From positions 32,001-96,000 of the IMG/VR virus record IMGVR_UViG_3300048837_000984: a stretch of DNA of 64,000 bases; one strand, 5' to 3'. This DNA is from a virus. The first letter of the stretch is position 1. Each line of letters opens with the position of its first letter. A program made the translations under genes and the position numbers. Shown piece by piece: positions 43,009 to 52,510 of this stretch. The notes under the pieces were generated by a model. That model was not told the origin of the DNA. It saw nothing but the letters and a program-made list of their open reading frames with translations, and made no database searches.

Positions 43009-43487
43009 GGTGCGACGCCGAACATTATCCGGATCTGGTCACAGCCCCAATCCCAGCAGGCCCGAGCCAGATACTCTTCGTGAACCGTGTCCGGTATCTC
43101 TCGGTGATAGGCTACACCTTCAGCTTGCTCAGACCGGATGTAACCAACCAGGTACCGCAGAATGTCTTCGGGTACCTCAGACCGGTCTACGGGGATAAGA
43201 TGACTCGTCCACGTAAACCAGCCATCGCAACAAGGTGCCCGGTCCGTGATGCGCAGCGTGTCCCGGGTAACCTTGCCGCCGATGATGCACGAGGCGTAGA
43301 CCTTCATCCAGGCCTGCAGCTCGAAACCGGTACTTGCGTGCCATACCTTGGGGTTGGATATGACCCGCAGCCTCTCGGCTTGATCTTCTTCGTTATGGTC
43401 CAGCAGCCAGTCCCGGAAGACAGCTGCTGTCGCGATCGTTTCTTTCCTGGCGATCAGGTCTTCCACAAACACCTTCCTCGCGTCCAT
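42996..43487 (-). CDS. TIGR02996-like N-terminal domain protein
   Basis: FVEDLIARKETIATAAVFRDWLLDHNEEDQAERLR; start corrected. Confidence 0.7.
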   Translation of the reverse strand: MDARKVFVEDLIARKETIATAAVFRDWLLDHNEEDQAERLRVISNPKVWHASTGFELQAWMKVYASCIIGGKVTRDTLRITDRAPCCDGWFTWTSHLIPVDRSEVPEDILRYLVGYIRSEQAEGVAYHREIPDTVHEEYLARACWDWGCDQIRIMFGVAPLKN

Positions 43488-43795
43488 TAAGACCTCACAA
43501 TCCCGCCTTTGCACCAGATGCACGTCTCCCATTGCGCTTCCTTGTTCATGGCTCTGCCGCTGCCGCGACAGACTCGACAGGTTTGAATCGTTGCGACTGT
43601 GTTGTCTTGCTCGTCGCAGATCTCTACAACATGACCACCCACCGTCTGTCGTAAGGCTTCTGCAAACGCATCGCGATAGGTGTAAGATCCCGGCAGCCAC
43701 CAGAAACCGGAACCGAGCACGATCTTCACACGGAAATTGTCCGGGCTACCGCTTGATTCTGGTCCCGGTTGGTTCGACTTGGTTGGGTCCGACAC
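43487..43795 (-). CDS. Hypothetical protein with C-terminal CxxCxGxG finger
   Basis: CRVCRGSG...CIWCKGG. Confidence 0.7.
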   Translation of the reverse strand: MSDPTKSNQPGPESSGSPDNFRVKIVLGSGFWWLPGSYTYRDAFAEALRQTVGGHVVEICDEQDNTVATIQTCRVCRGSGRAMNKEAQWETCIWCKGGIVRS

Positions 43796-43799
43796 GTCT

Positions 43800-44036
43800 T
43801 TATCCTTTCTTCCTCGCTAGCTTAACTAGCTCGAGACCGTCAACCTTGTTGAGCTTAACCAGCTGTGCCAGGAGCGCCGCCATGCACTTCGGACACAGAT
43901 CCAGGCGTTCGTAGTCCGGTTCAGCAGGTCCGCCAGCTGGACAGGCGCTGTGCCCAACACAGACCTGGAGCCAGCACTCTGCTGGTATCTCCTTGGCCTG
44001 ACATCTGTCGCAATCCATAACTTCTCTGCGTGCCAC
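43800..44036 (-). CDS. Small Cys-rich protein (78 aa)
   Basis: CDRC...CPKC; GGAGG SD. Confidence 0.75.
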   Translation of the reverse strand: MARREVMDCDRCQAKEIPAECWLQVCVGHSACPAGGPAEPDYERLDLCPKCMAALLAQLVKLNKVDGLELVKLARKKG

Positions 44037-44048
44037 AGCTATCCTCCG

Positions 44049-44501
44049 TTAATCGAGACGCTCCAGCTGTTCTTTTGCTATCTGCATTCGGTTTGAGAAG
44101 ATCGCGTCTGCGTCTTCCTCAGAATCGTCCTGCTGGGCCTCATCCCAGGCTGCAACGGCCTCGCTGGCGATGTAATAGGCCAGCAAATCTCCCTCGTTCG
44201 GCGGCGGGACGATTAGATCCGCGGTGACACCGATATATTCCATGAAACCGCCTTCGTAGCGGGCAGACACGCTGTGCAGCCACCGCCACTTAGGTTCCAG
44301 CTCATCTCGACACGACAGGCACGGTGAGCCAGGTTCGCCAACGCATTCCCACCTGGTGCTGCAGACCGGACAGATCTCGTATCCACCGCACTCGTTACAG
44401 CAGGTGACGCGACCTCGACCCGGCCAGACCCACGCCCTTTCAAGCTCTTCTGGCGTTACACAGCGTTTGTCGCAGTATGCGCACTGAACTTCTGTCTCCA
44501 C
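44049..44501 (-). CDS. Cys-rich Zn-finger protein
   Basis: Multiple CxxC; AAGGAG SD before GTG. Confidence 0.7.
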   Translation of the reverse strand: METEVQCAYCDKRCVTPEELERAWVWPGRGRVTCCNECGGYEICPVCSTRWECVGEPGSPCLSCRDELEPKWRWLHSVSARYEGGFMEYIGVTADLIVPPPNEGDLLAYYIASEAVAAWDEAQQDDSEEDADAIFSNRMQIAKEQLERLD

Positions 44502-44503
44502 AA

Positions 44504-45097
44504 TTAGCTCCTTCCAAGAACGAGGTCCAGAGCCCAGCACCCCCGCAGATGTGGACCTGGACTCCGCAAGTGTTCCAGAACACCTGGCAACTTTCTATTC
44601 TCCGTCAGCCCGGCGTCTTCCAGGGCGTCAGACAGAACCAACAAACACTCGTTGTCGAGCGTGCCGTCAAGCTTGTGTCCACCGTACGCCGCAGCAGCAA
44701 TAGCCTGGACTGCGGGGGTTAAACACTCTTTGGGGATTATCACACTCTGGTAAGGGTTACACACGACCTCTCGAATGTTTTGGCAGACGATATGTCTAGC
44801 CCACGGTTCGGCGGCATGTGAGGCCGCGGCTAACGGTTCCCCGTAGATATGCCACACGGTCTCTGACCGCTCATCTTTCTTGTGGCCGGCATCTACCCAG
44901 GCGTCGAATTTAGCCATGCTGACAACGTAACTTTGAAGCCATTTTTCCGATCTACCGCGACAGACGACAGAGAAAAAGTTGGCGCGTGCGACCAGGTAAA
45001 GTTTCCGACCACTTGCCGGGGTCACAGCTTGTTCGCTGGTCGCCGTAGCCAACAGAGTCCTCGGGTCCGACACGTTCCACCAGGCTTCCGAAGTCAT
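44504..45097 (-). CDS. Family A protein (no Zn insert)
   Basis: MTSEAWW...IREVVCNPY...LLVLSDALEDAG...HLRSPGPHLRGCWALDL. Confidence 0.8.
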   Translation of the reverse strand: MTSEAWWNVSDPRTLLATATSEQAVTPASGRKLYLVARANFFSVVCRGRSEKWLQSYVVSMAKFDAWVDAGHKKDERSETVWHIYGEPLAAASHAAEPWARHIVCQNIREVVCNPYQSVIIPKECLTPAVQAIAAAAYGGHKLDGTLDNECLLVLSDALEDAGLTENRKLPGVLEHLRSPGPHLRGCWALDLVLGRS

Positions 45098-45111
45098 ACG
45101 CACCCTCCGGT

Positions 45112-45486
45112 TCAAACGCGCAGATCTGCCAGGAATGCGGCCGGTTTGCTGACCATGTGGTTGAAGAGGTCCAGGAAGGCCAGGGTTCTGGTCGGATAAG
45201 CCCGACTAGTCCAGGTACTGGACAGGTTGCACGTATCGACAGGAACGAGGCTCTTCTTCACTGAAGCAGACTTCGACGCGTGTGTGTCCCACCGAAAATC
45301 GAGGTACGATTTCCGCGGCCAACGCTTGAACCTGTGGCACCAGCGACAGGCATCCGCATAGAGAGGTTCGTTGTAGTCGAGCCACAGGTCAGCCCAGACG
45401 AGGAGGTCGTCTTTGTGTGTGATGACAAAGTTTAGCGGCGATCGCGACCTAAACACGACCGTGCCCATGTTAAATGCTTCAGCCAT
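45112..45486 (-). CDS. Divergent TIGR02996-like protein
   Basis: DDLLVWADLWLDYNEPLYADACRW. Confidence 0.6.
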   Translation of the reverse strand: MAEAFNMGTVVFRSRSPLNFVITHKDDLLVWADLWLDYNEPLYADACRWCHRFKRWPRKSYLDFRWDTHASKSASVKKSLVPVDTCNLSSTWTSRAYPTRTLAFLDLFNHMVSKPAAFLADLRV

Positions 45487-46225
45487 TGGCGTTCTCCAGG
45501 TTACGAAGGAGTTGAAGTGCCCAGCAGCCGTCAAAGTGAGTCTTGCCGTTACGTAAGTGAGCCAGAATCGGGTGGGTAAGGTGTCCCTCACCGTTGCAAT
45601 TGTCGCACGCGACTTCAGTGATAAATTGCCCAGGAGTTACCGGGACTCTGGGATCGTTTCCCTTCCCACGACAAACCCAGCACAGGTACTCCGTGGGGAG
45701 ACCGAACTCTTCCAGGGAGTCGGACAGGACCATCAGGGCGTCTGCGGGTAGCCTTGGATCAGTTTGCTTGCTGATTTCCTGGTAAATGCTCTCCGCAAGT
45801 TCGGTACTGCGCTTTGGGAACTGCTCCGGAACAAACATACCAGACAATCCCAAGCAGTTACATGCTCGATAGTCAGCGTGCCTGTCACAGCAGCCAAACA
45901 TAGTTGCCCGGGACTGGATGACTTCGGCTGCCTCTCGGCCATTACGGCTCCGAAGTGCGTACGGGTAAGGAGGTGCGTAAACATCCCGGATGGCCGCAGC
46001 TAGAGATGCACGGGGTATGGTGAAAACGTCACAACCGCCATCATAGTAGTCAGCGACGATGCTGACGTCTTTCTGGTTGTATTCTTCAATGTACGAGACG
46101 TTAACAAGAATGAACCCTCCGAACAGGGCTCGAGCCAATCCGCTCTTGTCCCGAAACGGGCTGCGGTTGATGCAGTTGAATAGAAATACAGCGTCATCAA
46201 TCGTCTCCCACTCAAGTGCCGTCAC
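45479..46225 (-). CDS. Family A protein with Zn-finger inserts
   Basis: MTALEW...IRDVYAPP...LMVLSDSLEEFG...HLRNGKTHFDGCWALQL. Confidence 0.8.
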   Translation of the reverse strand: MTALEWETIDDAVFLFNCINRSPFRDKSGLARALFGGFILVNVSYIEEYNQKDVSIVADYYDGGCDVFTIPRASLAAAIRDVYAPPYPYALRSRNGREAAEVIQSRATMFGCCDRHADYRACNCLGLSGMFVPEQFPKRSTELAESIYQEISKQTDPRLPADALMVLSDSLEEFGLPTEYLCWVCRGKGNDPRVPVTPGQFITEVACDNCNGEGHLTHPILAHLRNGKTHFDGCWALQLLRNLENANG

Positions 46226-46679
46226 AGCCACCCTCCCTTCTCGCCCATTGAATAGCTAAAGACGAAGCGTATTCGAGGGCCTCGTCCATCGAGGCAAAGG
46301 CGGGGGCTTCTTGGAGAGAACGACCGCTCGGAATCTGGACAACGGGTTCGAAATGCGCCGGAAGGTCTTCAGGCCCTGCAAGAAACCGGTTAGAGGACAG
46401 GGCATCCACATAGAAGAACCATAGGTATCCTTTTCGTGTAGCCGACCAGGCTGGCTCTCGGTCTGAAAACCTTACACGGAGAAGCGGGTACTCCTGGACC
46501 AGGTCGGGTCCTATTGCCATCCACTCTGCTAACGTACCGACCCAGGCACCAGAGACAGCAAACTCAGGTAGCTCGACACCACTGTCTTCACAAAGACCCA
46601 GCCACGCAAAGCGCGCAGCTGGGTCTCCAGAATAGTGGCAGTCAAGCAGGGACTTAGTTAGTTCCGCGCTTGGGGCCAT
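46212..46679 (-). CDS. TIGR02996-related subfamily B protein
   Basis: LLDCHYSGDPAARFAWLGLCEDSG...EWMAIGPDLV...FSDREP...AIQWAR. Confidence 0.75.
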   Translation of the reverse strand: MAPSAELTKSLLDCHYSGDPAARFAWLGLCEDSGVELPEFAVSGAWVGTLAEWMAIGPDLVQEYPLLRVRFSDREPAWSATRKGYLWFFYVDALSSNRFLAGPEDLPAHFEPVVQIPSGRSLQEAPAFASMDEALEYASSLAIQWARREGGCDGT

Positions 46680-46938
46680 CTTCTTTCCTCTCCAGGTTAG
46701 CCTTCCGCCAGCCCCTCATCCAGGCCGACCTCGGCGTCTCTCGGTCGCTGTAACTGAATTGAAACGGGCACACCTCGGGAGGAGCACCTTCGAGGCCGGC
46801 TTCATAGCCCTGATTGAATGCCTCCTCTACCCATTGTTGATGTCCGCTAGAGCAAACCAAGGCAATAGGAACCACAATCAGGGTCAGGACGACACACACA
46901 ACTAAGAGGATCCAGAGAACTTCACGGAGATCGGACAT
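46654..46938 (-). CDS. Membrane-anchored Rmf-like (ribosome modulation factor-like) protein
   Basis: TM helix then AFNQGYEAG...CPF...RSAWMRGWRKA. Confidence 0.6.
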   Translation of the reverse strand: MSDLREVLWILLVVCVVLTLIVVPIALVCSSGHQQWVEEAFNQGYEAGLEGAPPEVCPFQFSYSDRETPRSAWMRGWRKANLERKEDGPKRGTN

Positions 46939-46949
46939 AATTTTTAAGT
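46935..46949 (-). promoter_or_regulatory. 15-bp motif variant ACTTAAAAATTATGT
   Basis: One mismatch; includes the ATG of 46938. Confidence 0.6.
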
Positions 46950-47150
46950 ACCTTCCTGTTTCTTGGATTGGTAACCGGGCCAGTCCTTGTAACCCTGCCC
47001 AGGCTTCTTACCTTCCGTCCAGAAATGACCGCACGCCTGACAGACGTAAGCAGGTCGCCCATCGTAACCGGAAGTGTTAGTAATACCCCAGCAACGACAG
47101 ATCCCGCAGACGCGCCGTCGTTTAGGTTTCTTCTTGTGGTGCTTCGACAT
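46944..47150 (-). CDS. Basic Zn-ribbon protein (68 aa)
   Basis: CGIC...CQAC. Confidence 0.7.
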   Translation of the reverse strand: MSKHHKKKPKRRRVCGICRCWGITNTSGYDGRPAYVCQACGHFWTEGKKPGQGYKDWPGYQSKKQEGT

Positions 47151-47176
47151 TCTCCTTCCCGAGTTCCTTTCTGCTA

Positions 47177-47755
47177 TTAGACCGCCTCGAAACGAAGCAT
47201 CATCTCGCTGGCCATGGCTTCTGGGTTGGAAAGGATGTCCGCATCGTCCGTTTCCAGCTCGGCGTCACTCGCCCGCAGCCGGTCATGAACCTCAGGACGC
47301 GTGTGCCTGGCCCAGCGGATGAGAAATTCTTTATCCGCCTGGTCGTCGTTGCCGAAGGCTTTCTTGGTCGCGTAATTCCACACATTACCCTTCTGCGGGA
47401 TGTAGCCCCGGAACGTCTTGCCGTCCTTGTCCATGTAGATCGGGAAGTAGAGAGGGAACTCCCAGTCGCCACCCGCCAGGCAACCGATGTAGCTGAAACA
47501 GGTGAGCGGCAGTCTTGTCCAGAACTTTCGATAGCCCAGGAAGCCATCCGCCCGGCCCAGGTTCTCGTCCAGGTGGCTGTAGAAAAAGTTCTCGAACGAG
47601 AACGACACCTTTGAGATGTCCGCCATGAACTTCGGTCCCAGCCGGTCAAACTCGTAAGGGTTGACGCCATCTGGAAACTTGGCGTGAAAGGTCTCCCAGA
47701 GCTGCTCCGGGCTGACACGCGTGTGGTTAGCTGCCTTGCGTCGATTCTTGTTCAC
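47177..47755 (-). CDS. Hypothetical protein (192 aa)
   Basis: GCLAGGDWEFP...FRGYIP...GNVWN; natural composition. Confidence 0.8.
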   Translation of the reverse strand: MNKNRRKAANHTRVSPEQLWETFHAKFPDGVNPYEFDRLGPKFMADISKVSFSFENFFYSHLDENLGRADGFLGYRKFWTRLPLTCFSYIGCLAGGDWEFPLYFPIYMDKDGKTFRGYIPQKGNVWNYATKKAFGNDDQADKEFLIRWARHTRPEVHDRLRASDAELETDDADILSNPEAMASEMMLRFEAV

Positions 47756-47760
47756 TGTGG

Positions 47761-48204
47761 TTATTTCCTTTGTCTTCTGGCCCAGATGATAGCCCTTTTG
47801 GAAGCGTCCTCAAAGGCAGCGTCCCGGGTGTCGTAGTAATGAAAGAGGCCTGGGAACGCCGTATCTTCGAAAAACTCTTCAGGTAAGTCGTCCGCTTCGG
47901 AGAGGCCGAGATACCCACCAAACCACAGGTAGTGGTTTTCTCGTATACTTGGTTCCTTGTCTGTGAACCGAACCGTAACGATAGCCAGCTGACGTACCAG
48001 GTCTGGACCTTCGCTAAGCCAATCGGACAAGCTGCCAGACCAGACGCCGCGCCTTCCGACGTGCCCGGGATCGATGCTGTTGTCCTCGCAGAAGTCCAGC
48101 CAGGCGTTCCTGGCCGCTTCGTCGCCCGCATAGTGTGCGTCGAGTAACGCAGCGATCATTTCCTCGGTGAATGTCGTGCCTGACGCCGGAGGGTCTGTAC
48201 TCAC
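47761..48204 (-). CDS. TIGR02996-related subfamily B protein
   Basis: LLDAHYAGDEAARNAWLDFCEDN...DWLSEGPDLV...FTDKEP...RAIIWAR. Confidence 0.8.
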   Translation of the reverse strand: MSTDPPASGTTFTEEMIAALLDAHYAGDEAARNAWLDFCEDNSIDPGHVGRRGVWSGSLSDWLSEGPDLVRQLAIVTVRFTDKEPSIRENHYLWFGGYLGLSEADDLPEEFFEDTAFPGLFHYYDTRDAAFEDASKRAIIWARRQRK

Positions 48205-48207
48205 TTT

Positions 48208-48330
48208 TTAGCCTTTACCTTTCTCGTCTCGGAGCTGAATGCATAGCAGGATGTAATCCTCCCACCACTTACCGTAGTGGCGAGGATACTTGCGGATGAT
48301 CTCCAGGGCCTCTTCAAGCGTCACAGCCAT
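48208..48330 (-). CDS. 40-aa hypothetical protein
   Basis: AAGGA SD; MAVTLEEALEIIRKYP; below track cutoff. Confidence 0.55.
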   Translation of the reverse strand: MAVTLEEALEIIRKYPRHYGKWWEDYILLCIQLRDEKGKG

Positions 48331-48772
48331 GTTCCTTCTTGCTTTCCTCGACAGCCCAGTTCAGGGCATTTTGATTGATGATTTTCGAAACCTCAGAAAA
48401 ACGTTTCACCCCATTGCGATAAGTCCTGGATGTACGACCGCAGATAGACTCTGCCGGCGGAAACCACAGCGGGATGTAAATCGCTGCGTCCCCTGAGTCG
48501 CATCTGATGGAGATAAGCGGGTTTGAAAAGGTACCCGCTGAGAAGCACACCAGGTCGCGCAGCTTGAGCTCCCGGATCGGTTGGAGGCGTAACAGGTCTG
48601 GTCCCTCTGCAAGCCAGCGGTCGGCTGTCGTCGAAGCCCGGATAAAAACCTCGGGAAAGTTCTCGTCCTCCCCTAACTCCTCTTGTCGCCAGTCGTTAAA
48701 CATAGCGACCAGGAATGGAATGTCCTTCTCGTCGCAGGTGCGTATCCTTTCAACCCATTCTCGTCTGGTCAT
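48314..48772 (-). CDS. TIGR02996-related protein
   Basis: FLVAMFNDWRQEELG...RWLAEGPDLLRLQPI...ALNWA. Confidence 0.7.
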   Translation of the reverse strand: MTRREWVERIRTCDEKDIPFLVAMFNDWRQEELGEDENFPEVFIRASTTADRWLAEGPDLLRLQPIRELKLRDLVCFSAGTFSNPLISIRCDSGDAAIYIPLWFPPAESICGRTSRTYRNGVKRFSEVSKIINQNALNWAVEESKKEHGCDA

Positions 48773-48899
48773 GCCGATTCCGCTCTAATGAGTAGTGTTT
48801 TGACAGCTTCAGCAACGCCACGGACAGGGCTGCGTGGGCGGCGTCGGCGGTGGGGTTGGCGATGATGTCGTCGAGCAGTCCGGCCTCGGTGTTGGTCAT
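48750..48899 (-). CDS. Truncated TIGR02996-like ORF (49 aa)
   Basis: MTNTEAGLLDDIIANPTAD; ATGA overlap. Confidence 0.5.
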   Translation of the reverse strand: MTNTEAGLLDDIIANPTADAAHAALSVALLKLSKHYSLERNRHDQTRMG

Positions 48900-49150
48900 G
48901 GGGTAAGTACCTCGACAGTCAAATCGCGACGCAGAATGTTGAGCCCCGTTCGTGGCGTGTAGCAATCATTCTTGCTCCACCCGTACTCACGCTGCGACGG
49001 TGGAATAATCCATTCCGTGACGGTGATGCAATCGGGGGCAAGGTGGCACACACCAATCACCGACACGACCGACCGCCAATGGTGCCGGTGGTCAGGACGG
49101 TACACGTCCCCCTCCTTCAACTGATCCGCCCGCTTGGTCGTCGTGGTCAC
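48896..49150 (-). CDS. Hypothetical protein (84 aa)
   Basis: RADQLKEGDV; GGAGGGAG SD. Confidence 0.7.
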   Translation of the reverse strand: MTTTTKRADQLKEGDVYRPDHRHHWRSVVSVIGVCHLAPDCITVTEWIIPPSQREYGWSKNDCYTPRTGLNILRRDLTVEVLTP

Positions 49151-49154
49151 GGTG

Positions 49155-49931
49155 TCACTCCCTCCCCGTCAGCAGGTCGATTGCCCAGCATCCCCGGTAG
49201 TGCGGCCCCTCGGATCGCAGGTGGGCGAGCAGGGGGTGTGGTTGCCTTGCTTCAGCAAGCAGTTTGCTCTTTTCGTTGATGTTTCTTGCGTACCCTCTTG
49301 CAGCAGAATCGCTGTAACACCCCGACGCAATAAGGTGCAGGGTCTTGATGTCACGCTCCAATTCGGCGACATTTCCAGCCTGTGCAGGCAACCCCGCATC
49401 AATCAGCGCGTCACTCAGCACCAGCAGCCTGTCCGGGTCTAGGGTACCGTCCTCGCAGCGTTCCTGGTACGCGGCTTCGGCGAGGGACCGCACGAGGGGT
49501 GTGAGGACGGGTGAGGGTCCGTGTCCGGTGCCGCGGCATACCGCACAAGGTAACCATTGCAGACCCATGCCGTCAGGGGAAAGCTTCCCGTGAACGGGCG
49601 AGTCCTTGCACATTGGGCACTTCTCCCCCGCCGGCAGCGTAACCAGACGGAATGGATTGCCGACGATATCTCGAAGAATGTGTACAAATGCTGGGATAAA
49701 TTTCTGGTTCGGTTTATCCCGTACACATCCCGTCAGGTGCATTAAATCAGCCTCGGCTTTATGCAGCTGGCAAAAACCTAGCGCCCAGACTGCGTCCCTT
49801 ATCTGGTGCAACTTCTGCGCACTGGGTTTTGGCGGGCCTATCTGGTGACCGCCTGCGTATTGTTGTGGGCCTGTGAGAAAGTCTAGCATTAAGACGGGAT
49901 CACTACTTGCCAGCCATTCAGCCTCGGTCAT
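49155..49931 (-). CDS. Family A protein with Zn-finger insert
   Basis: MTEAEWL...LRDIVGNPFR...LLVLSDALIDAG...HLRSEGPHYRGCWAIDLL. Confidence 0.85.
   Translation of the reverse strand: MTEAEWLASSDPVLMLDFLTGPQQYAGGHQIGPPKPSAQKLHQIRDAVWALGFCQLHKAEADLMHLTGCVRDKPNQKFIPAFVHILRDIVGNPFRLVTLPAGEKCPMCKDSPVHGKLSPDGMGLQWLPCAVCRGTGHGPSPVLTPLVRSLAEAAYQERCEDGTLDPDRLLVLSDALIDAGLPAQAGNVAELERDIKTLHLIASGCYSDSAARGYARNINEKSKLLAEARQPHPLLAHLRSEGPHYRGCWAIDLLTGRE
49174..49487. repeat. Two identical blocks (65 bp at 49174-49238; 101 bp at 49387-49487) shared with the 52726 gene
   Basis: Identical to 52745-52809 and 52925-53025 by direct comparison. Confidence 0.9.
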
Positions 49932-50106
49932 CTTGGTTACCTCGAGAAGCGTCCACGAGAATCTCAACAATCGCCAGAAGCTCGTAAACAGCCCAACTGA
50001 TGCCCAGGGTTATGAAGAAAGAGTCCACGCCATAGTGACGGAAGACGTAGAACAAGATCCACGCAAACAGGCAGCCGACGATGAAGCCCTTACGAAAAAG
50101 GTACAT
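49918..50106 (-). CDS. Small membrane protein (62 aa)
   Basis: Two hydrophobic segments. Confidence 0.65.
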   Translation of the reverse strand: MYLFRKGFIVGCLFAWILFYVFRHYGVDSFFITLGISWAVYELLAIVEILVDASRGNQDDRG

Positions 50107-50117
50107 GGGAAAGCTCC

Positions 50118-50146
50118 AAGGCCTACCCGATCTGGGTAGGCCTTTT
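50118..50146 (+). terminator. Intergenic hairpin, T-tract on plus strand
   Basis: AAGGCCTACCC/GGGTAGGCCTT followed by TT. Confidence 0.5.
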
Positions 50147-50157
50147 GTTACTGAGGG

Positions 50158-50781
50158 TTACTTGGGAAGGGAAACCAGAACGTGGCCAGTTTCGGCCAGG
50201 CCTTTCAGCGCTAACCGCCGCTCACCGACAAACAGCATAAAACCGAACCTGTCTTCAAACCTTTGGTACAGCGGGGCTGACTCGATAGTTGTCCCGTCAG
50301 CCAGGCGCAGGGTTAGGACTGAAAGGATTGGGACCTTCTTCGGGTCCAGGAGATCTTCCCGGGTCAAGACTGTCGGGGACTTGCGGAGTCTGGTAATGGT
50401 GGTAGTTGCGTGTACGTAGCTTGTCGACCGATATGCCGAAAGAGCTGCGTGACCACCTTTGAAAACGATATACGTCGATTCGACACGAAGGACTTCGCCC
50501 TCGTAAGAGTCGCAAAAGTCTGTGCCATGGTGTTCGATCCGGACGCGTACAAAGTCACCCGGTTGGACCTGGTCCAGAGTGATAACTTCCCCCTCTTCCG
50601 CAGGCTTGCCTGTCAGGGCGCGATTTAGGTCAGCCATTGCTTCTTCCTTCGTCGCGTACCTGCGGTAGAATTCGCATAGCTGACCGCCCTCGAGCCGGTC
50701 AAAGACATCTTCCGGGATCGCCTCAGGTCGTGTGGGCGAGCCTCCCCGAACCCAGCAGTTGAAAAATGGATCGTAATGCAC
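50158..50781 (-). CDS. Hypothetical protein (207 aa)
   Basis: N-terminus resembles the C-terminal part of 51209..51844 (PEDVFDRL...YATKEEAMADLNRAL). Confidence 0.75.
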   Translation of the reverse strand: MHYDPFFNCWVRGGSPTRPEAIPEDVFDRLEGGQLCEFYRRYATKEEAMADLNRALTGKPAEEGEVITLDQVQPGDFVRVRIEHHGTDFCDSYEGEVLRVESTYIVFKGGHAALSAYRSTSYVHATTTITRLRKSPTVLTREDLLDPKKVPILSVLTLRLADGTTIESAPLYQRFEDRFGFMLFVGERRLALKGLAETGHVLVSLPK

Positions 50782-50792
50782 AAGCGCTCCTC

Positions 50793-50807
50793 ACTTAATT
50801 TTTTAGT
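50793..50807 (-). promoter_or_regulatory. 15-bp motif variant ACTAAAAAATTAAGT
   Basis: One mismatch; directly followed by GAGGAG SD. Confidence 0.65.
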
Positions 50808-51222
50808 CGTCAGCGTACGGATCCGCGTTGATCGAGTAGGTATCGTACTTCACGATATTGGTAACTTCCAGATAGAACGTACAGCCGCAGTGCTCGCAGT
50901 CCGTTACGTAGCGGCGGTCGCTGACAAAGCCATAAACGTTCGGGTCAAACTCGTGCCCGCAGAACGGGCATATCGCCTCAGAACTGTCAAAGGAAGCCTG
51001 GTACTTCAGAACCAGGTGCTGCGCCGGAGTCTCGGAAAAGCACTTCCTGCAGAGCCCAGTACGGCACTGGGTTTGGTGGTCCGCCACGTTGACGTAGTGG
51101 ACGGCCTTATAGCACTTCTTGCAGCGAGGAAAGTCATCGGACGCTTTCGAGAACAGAACCCAGTACATTATCGCGATGGCTGCAGCCAGAGGGACCCACA
51201 GCGCAATTTCAGACATCGTCAA
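50803..51222 (-). CDS. Membrane-anchored multi-CxxC protein
   Basis: TM helix, four CxxC pairs. Confidence 0.75.
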   Translation of the reverse strand: MTMSEIALWVPLAAAIAIMYWVLFSKASDDFPRCKKCYKAVHYVNVADHQTQCRTGLCRKCFSETPAQHLVLKYQASFDSSEAICPFCGHEFDPNVYGFVSDRRYVTDCEHCGCTFYLEVTNIVKYDTYSINADPYADD

Positions 51223-51844
51223 CTTTAGTCCTCCTAGCCAGGGTTAGCAGTGCCCGCGATAGAGCAGCATCGGCATCCTGCCTGGTGTAGTAATCCTTTG
51301 AATAGACAGCCGCTTCGAAGAAGCCGTCTAGCTCGCGCCAGACTCGCATAGGAAGGTCATTTGGATCCACCGGTTCCTCACCGATCTGTGAGTTGTAGAC
51401 ACACCGCCACCAGGTGAAGATGGTGGCCAAGGCGTCATCGGTTGTATTGCTGCCGTCCTCAGTGTAAGCTTCGGCAGATCTGTCTGTCACCACAACCCGC
51501 TTGACTGGCTGCTTGTGCGCCATCCATGGCAAATACTCCAGTAAAACATCCAACGGCGCGTGGACCTCCTCAATAAAGCCTTTCCTGAACACCAGCCGCT
51601 CAGGTACAAACCTCCGACTTGGCGCGCATTCCGCGACGATCGCCAGGACTTCCCCGTACTGGGGGACAGTAAGCCTTGTTTTTAGCAATTGCCCAGAGCC
51701 ATCTGTCTCGATTGTGTCCTCGAGACGGATGATCTCGGCACGGGCTGTAAAGCCATTCTCTTCCAGCCAATCAGAGTAAACCAGGCGATGAACGTCATCG
51801 TCAGGCTCTTCGAGGATCTTTTCCAGAAAACCTTCATGGTTCAT
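51209..51844 (-). CDS. TIGR02996 (repeat-companion) domain protein
   Basis: FLEKILEEPDDDVHRLVYSDWLEENGFTARAEIIRL. Confidence 0.85.
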   Translation of the reverse strand: MNHEGFLEKILEEPDDDVHRLVYSDWLEENGFTARAEIIRLEDTIETDGSGQLLKTRLTVPQYGEVLAIVAECAPSRRFVPERLVFRKGFIEEVHAPLDVLLEYLPWMAHKQPVKRVVVTDRSAEAYTEDGSNTTDDALATIFTWWRCVYNSQIGEEPVDPNDLPMRVWRELDGFFEAAVYSKDYYTRQDADAALSRALLTLARRTKVDDV

Positions 51845-51847
51845 TCT

Positions 51848-52510
51848 TTACACCAGTCCGGCTGCCAGGTCGACAGCCCAGCAGCCTTGATAATGAGGTC
51901 CCGCTGACCGTAAATGGGCGAGAGCCGGGGGGAGTTGGCGTCCCGTACGGTTACACGCTTTGCACGGCTCGACTGTGTACCCGTGAGATGTCTGTGTCCT
52001 GCTTGTCAAAGCTCCTTTGCACTTCTTGCACTCAACCTCTGACAGTCCGGCCTCTTCTAGCGCATCCGACATGATCAACAACCGCTCTCGGTCCAGAAAC
52101 CCGTATTTATTGCGATTGTCGAAAGCTGCCTGAGCCAGACTGACCACTTGCCCAGTCAGAGCCTCTGGAGGCAAAACAACCGGATCCGATGGGTCGATGA
52201 AAATGTCTCGAAGGATCTGGGGTTGATTTTCTCTTTGTGGCTCTGTGTTGTGGATACGAATCGCCTCGTACAGCGTTTCGAGCACATCGTGGAGCTGCGT
52301 GTAACTGAATAAGTGCCCCTTCCAGTGCTTGCCGCGACCGTGTACGTTCCAGAAGTTGAACTCGATCGCGTTTATCGCCAGCCGCAGCTTCCGGTCGCTG
52401 GGCCGCTGCACCTTCAACGCTTCGTGTCCCGCCGGGTACGCATTACGTCGCGTCAGCAGGTCCAGCATCGCCACCGGGTCTGTGCCGACGCTCCATTCCG
52501 CTTCTGTCAC
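51848..52510 (-). CDS. Family A protein with Zn-finger insert
   Basis: MTEAEW...RKLRL...LRDIFIDP...LLIMSDALEEAG...HLRSAGPHYQGCWAVDL. Confidence 0.8.
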   Translation of the reverse strand: MTEAEWSVGTDPVAMLDLLTRRNAYPAGHEALKVQRPSDRKLRLAINAIEFNFWNVHGRGKHWKGHLFSYTQLHDVLETLYEAIRIHNTEPQRENQPQILRDIFIDPSDPVVLPPEALTGQVVSLAQAAFDNRNKYGFLDRERLLIMSDALEEAGLSEVECKKCKGALTSRTQTSHGYTVEPCKACNRTGRQLPPALAHLRSAGPHYQGCWAVDLAAGLV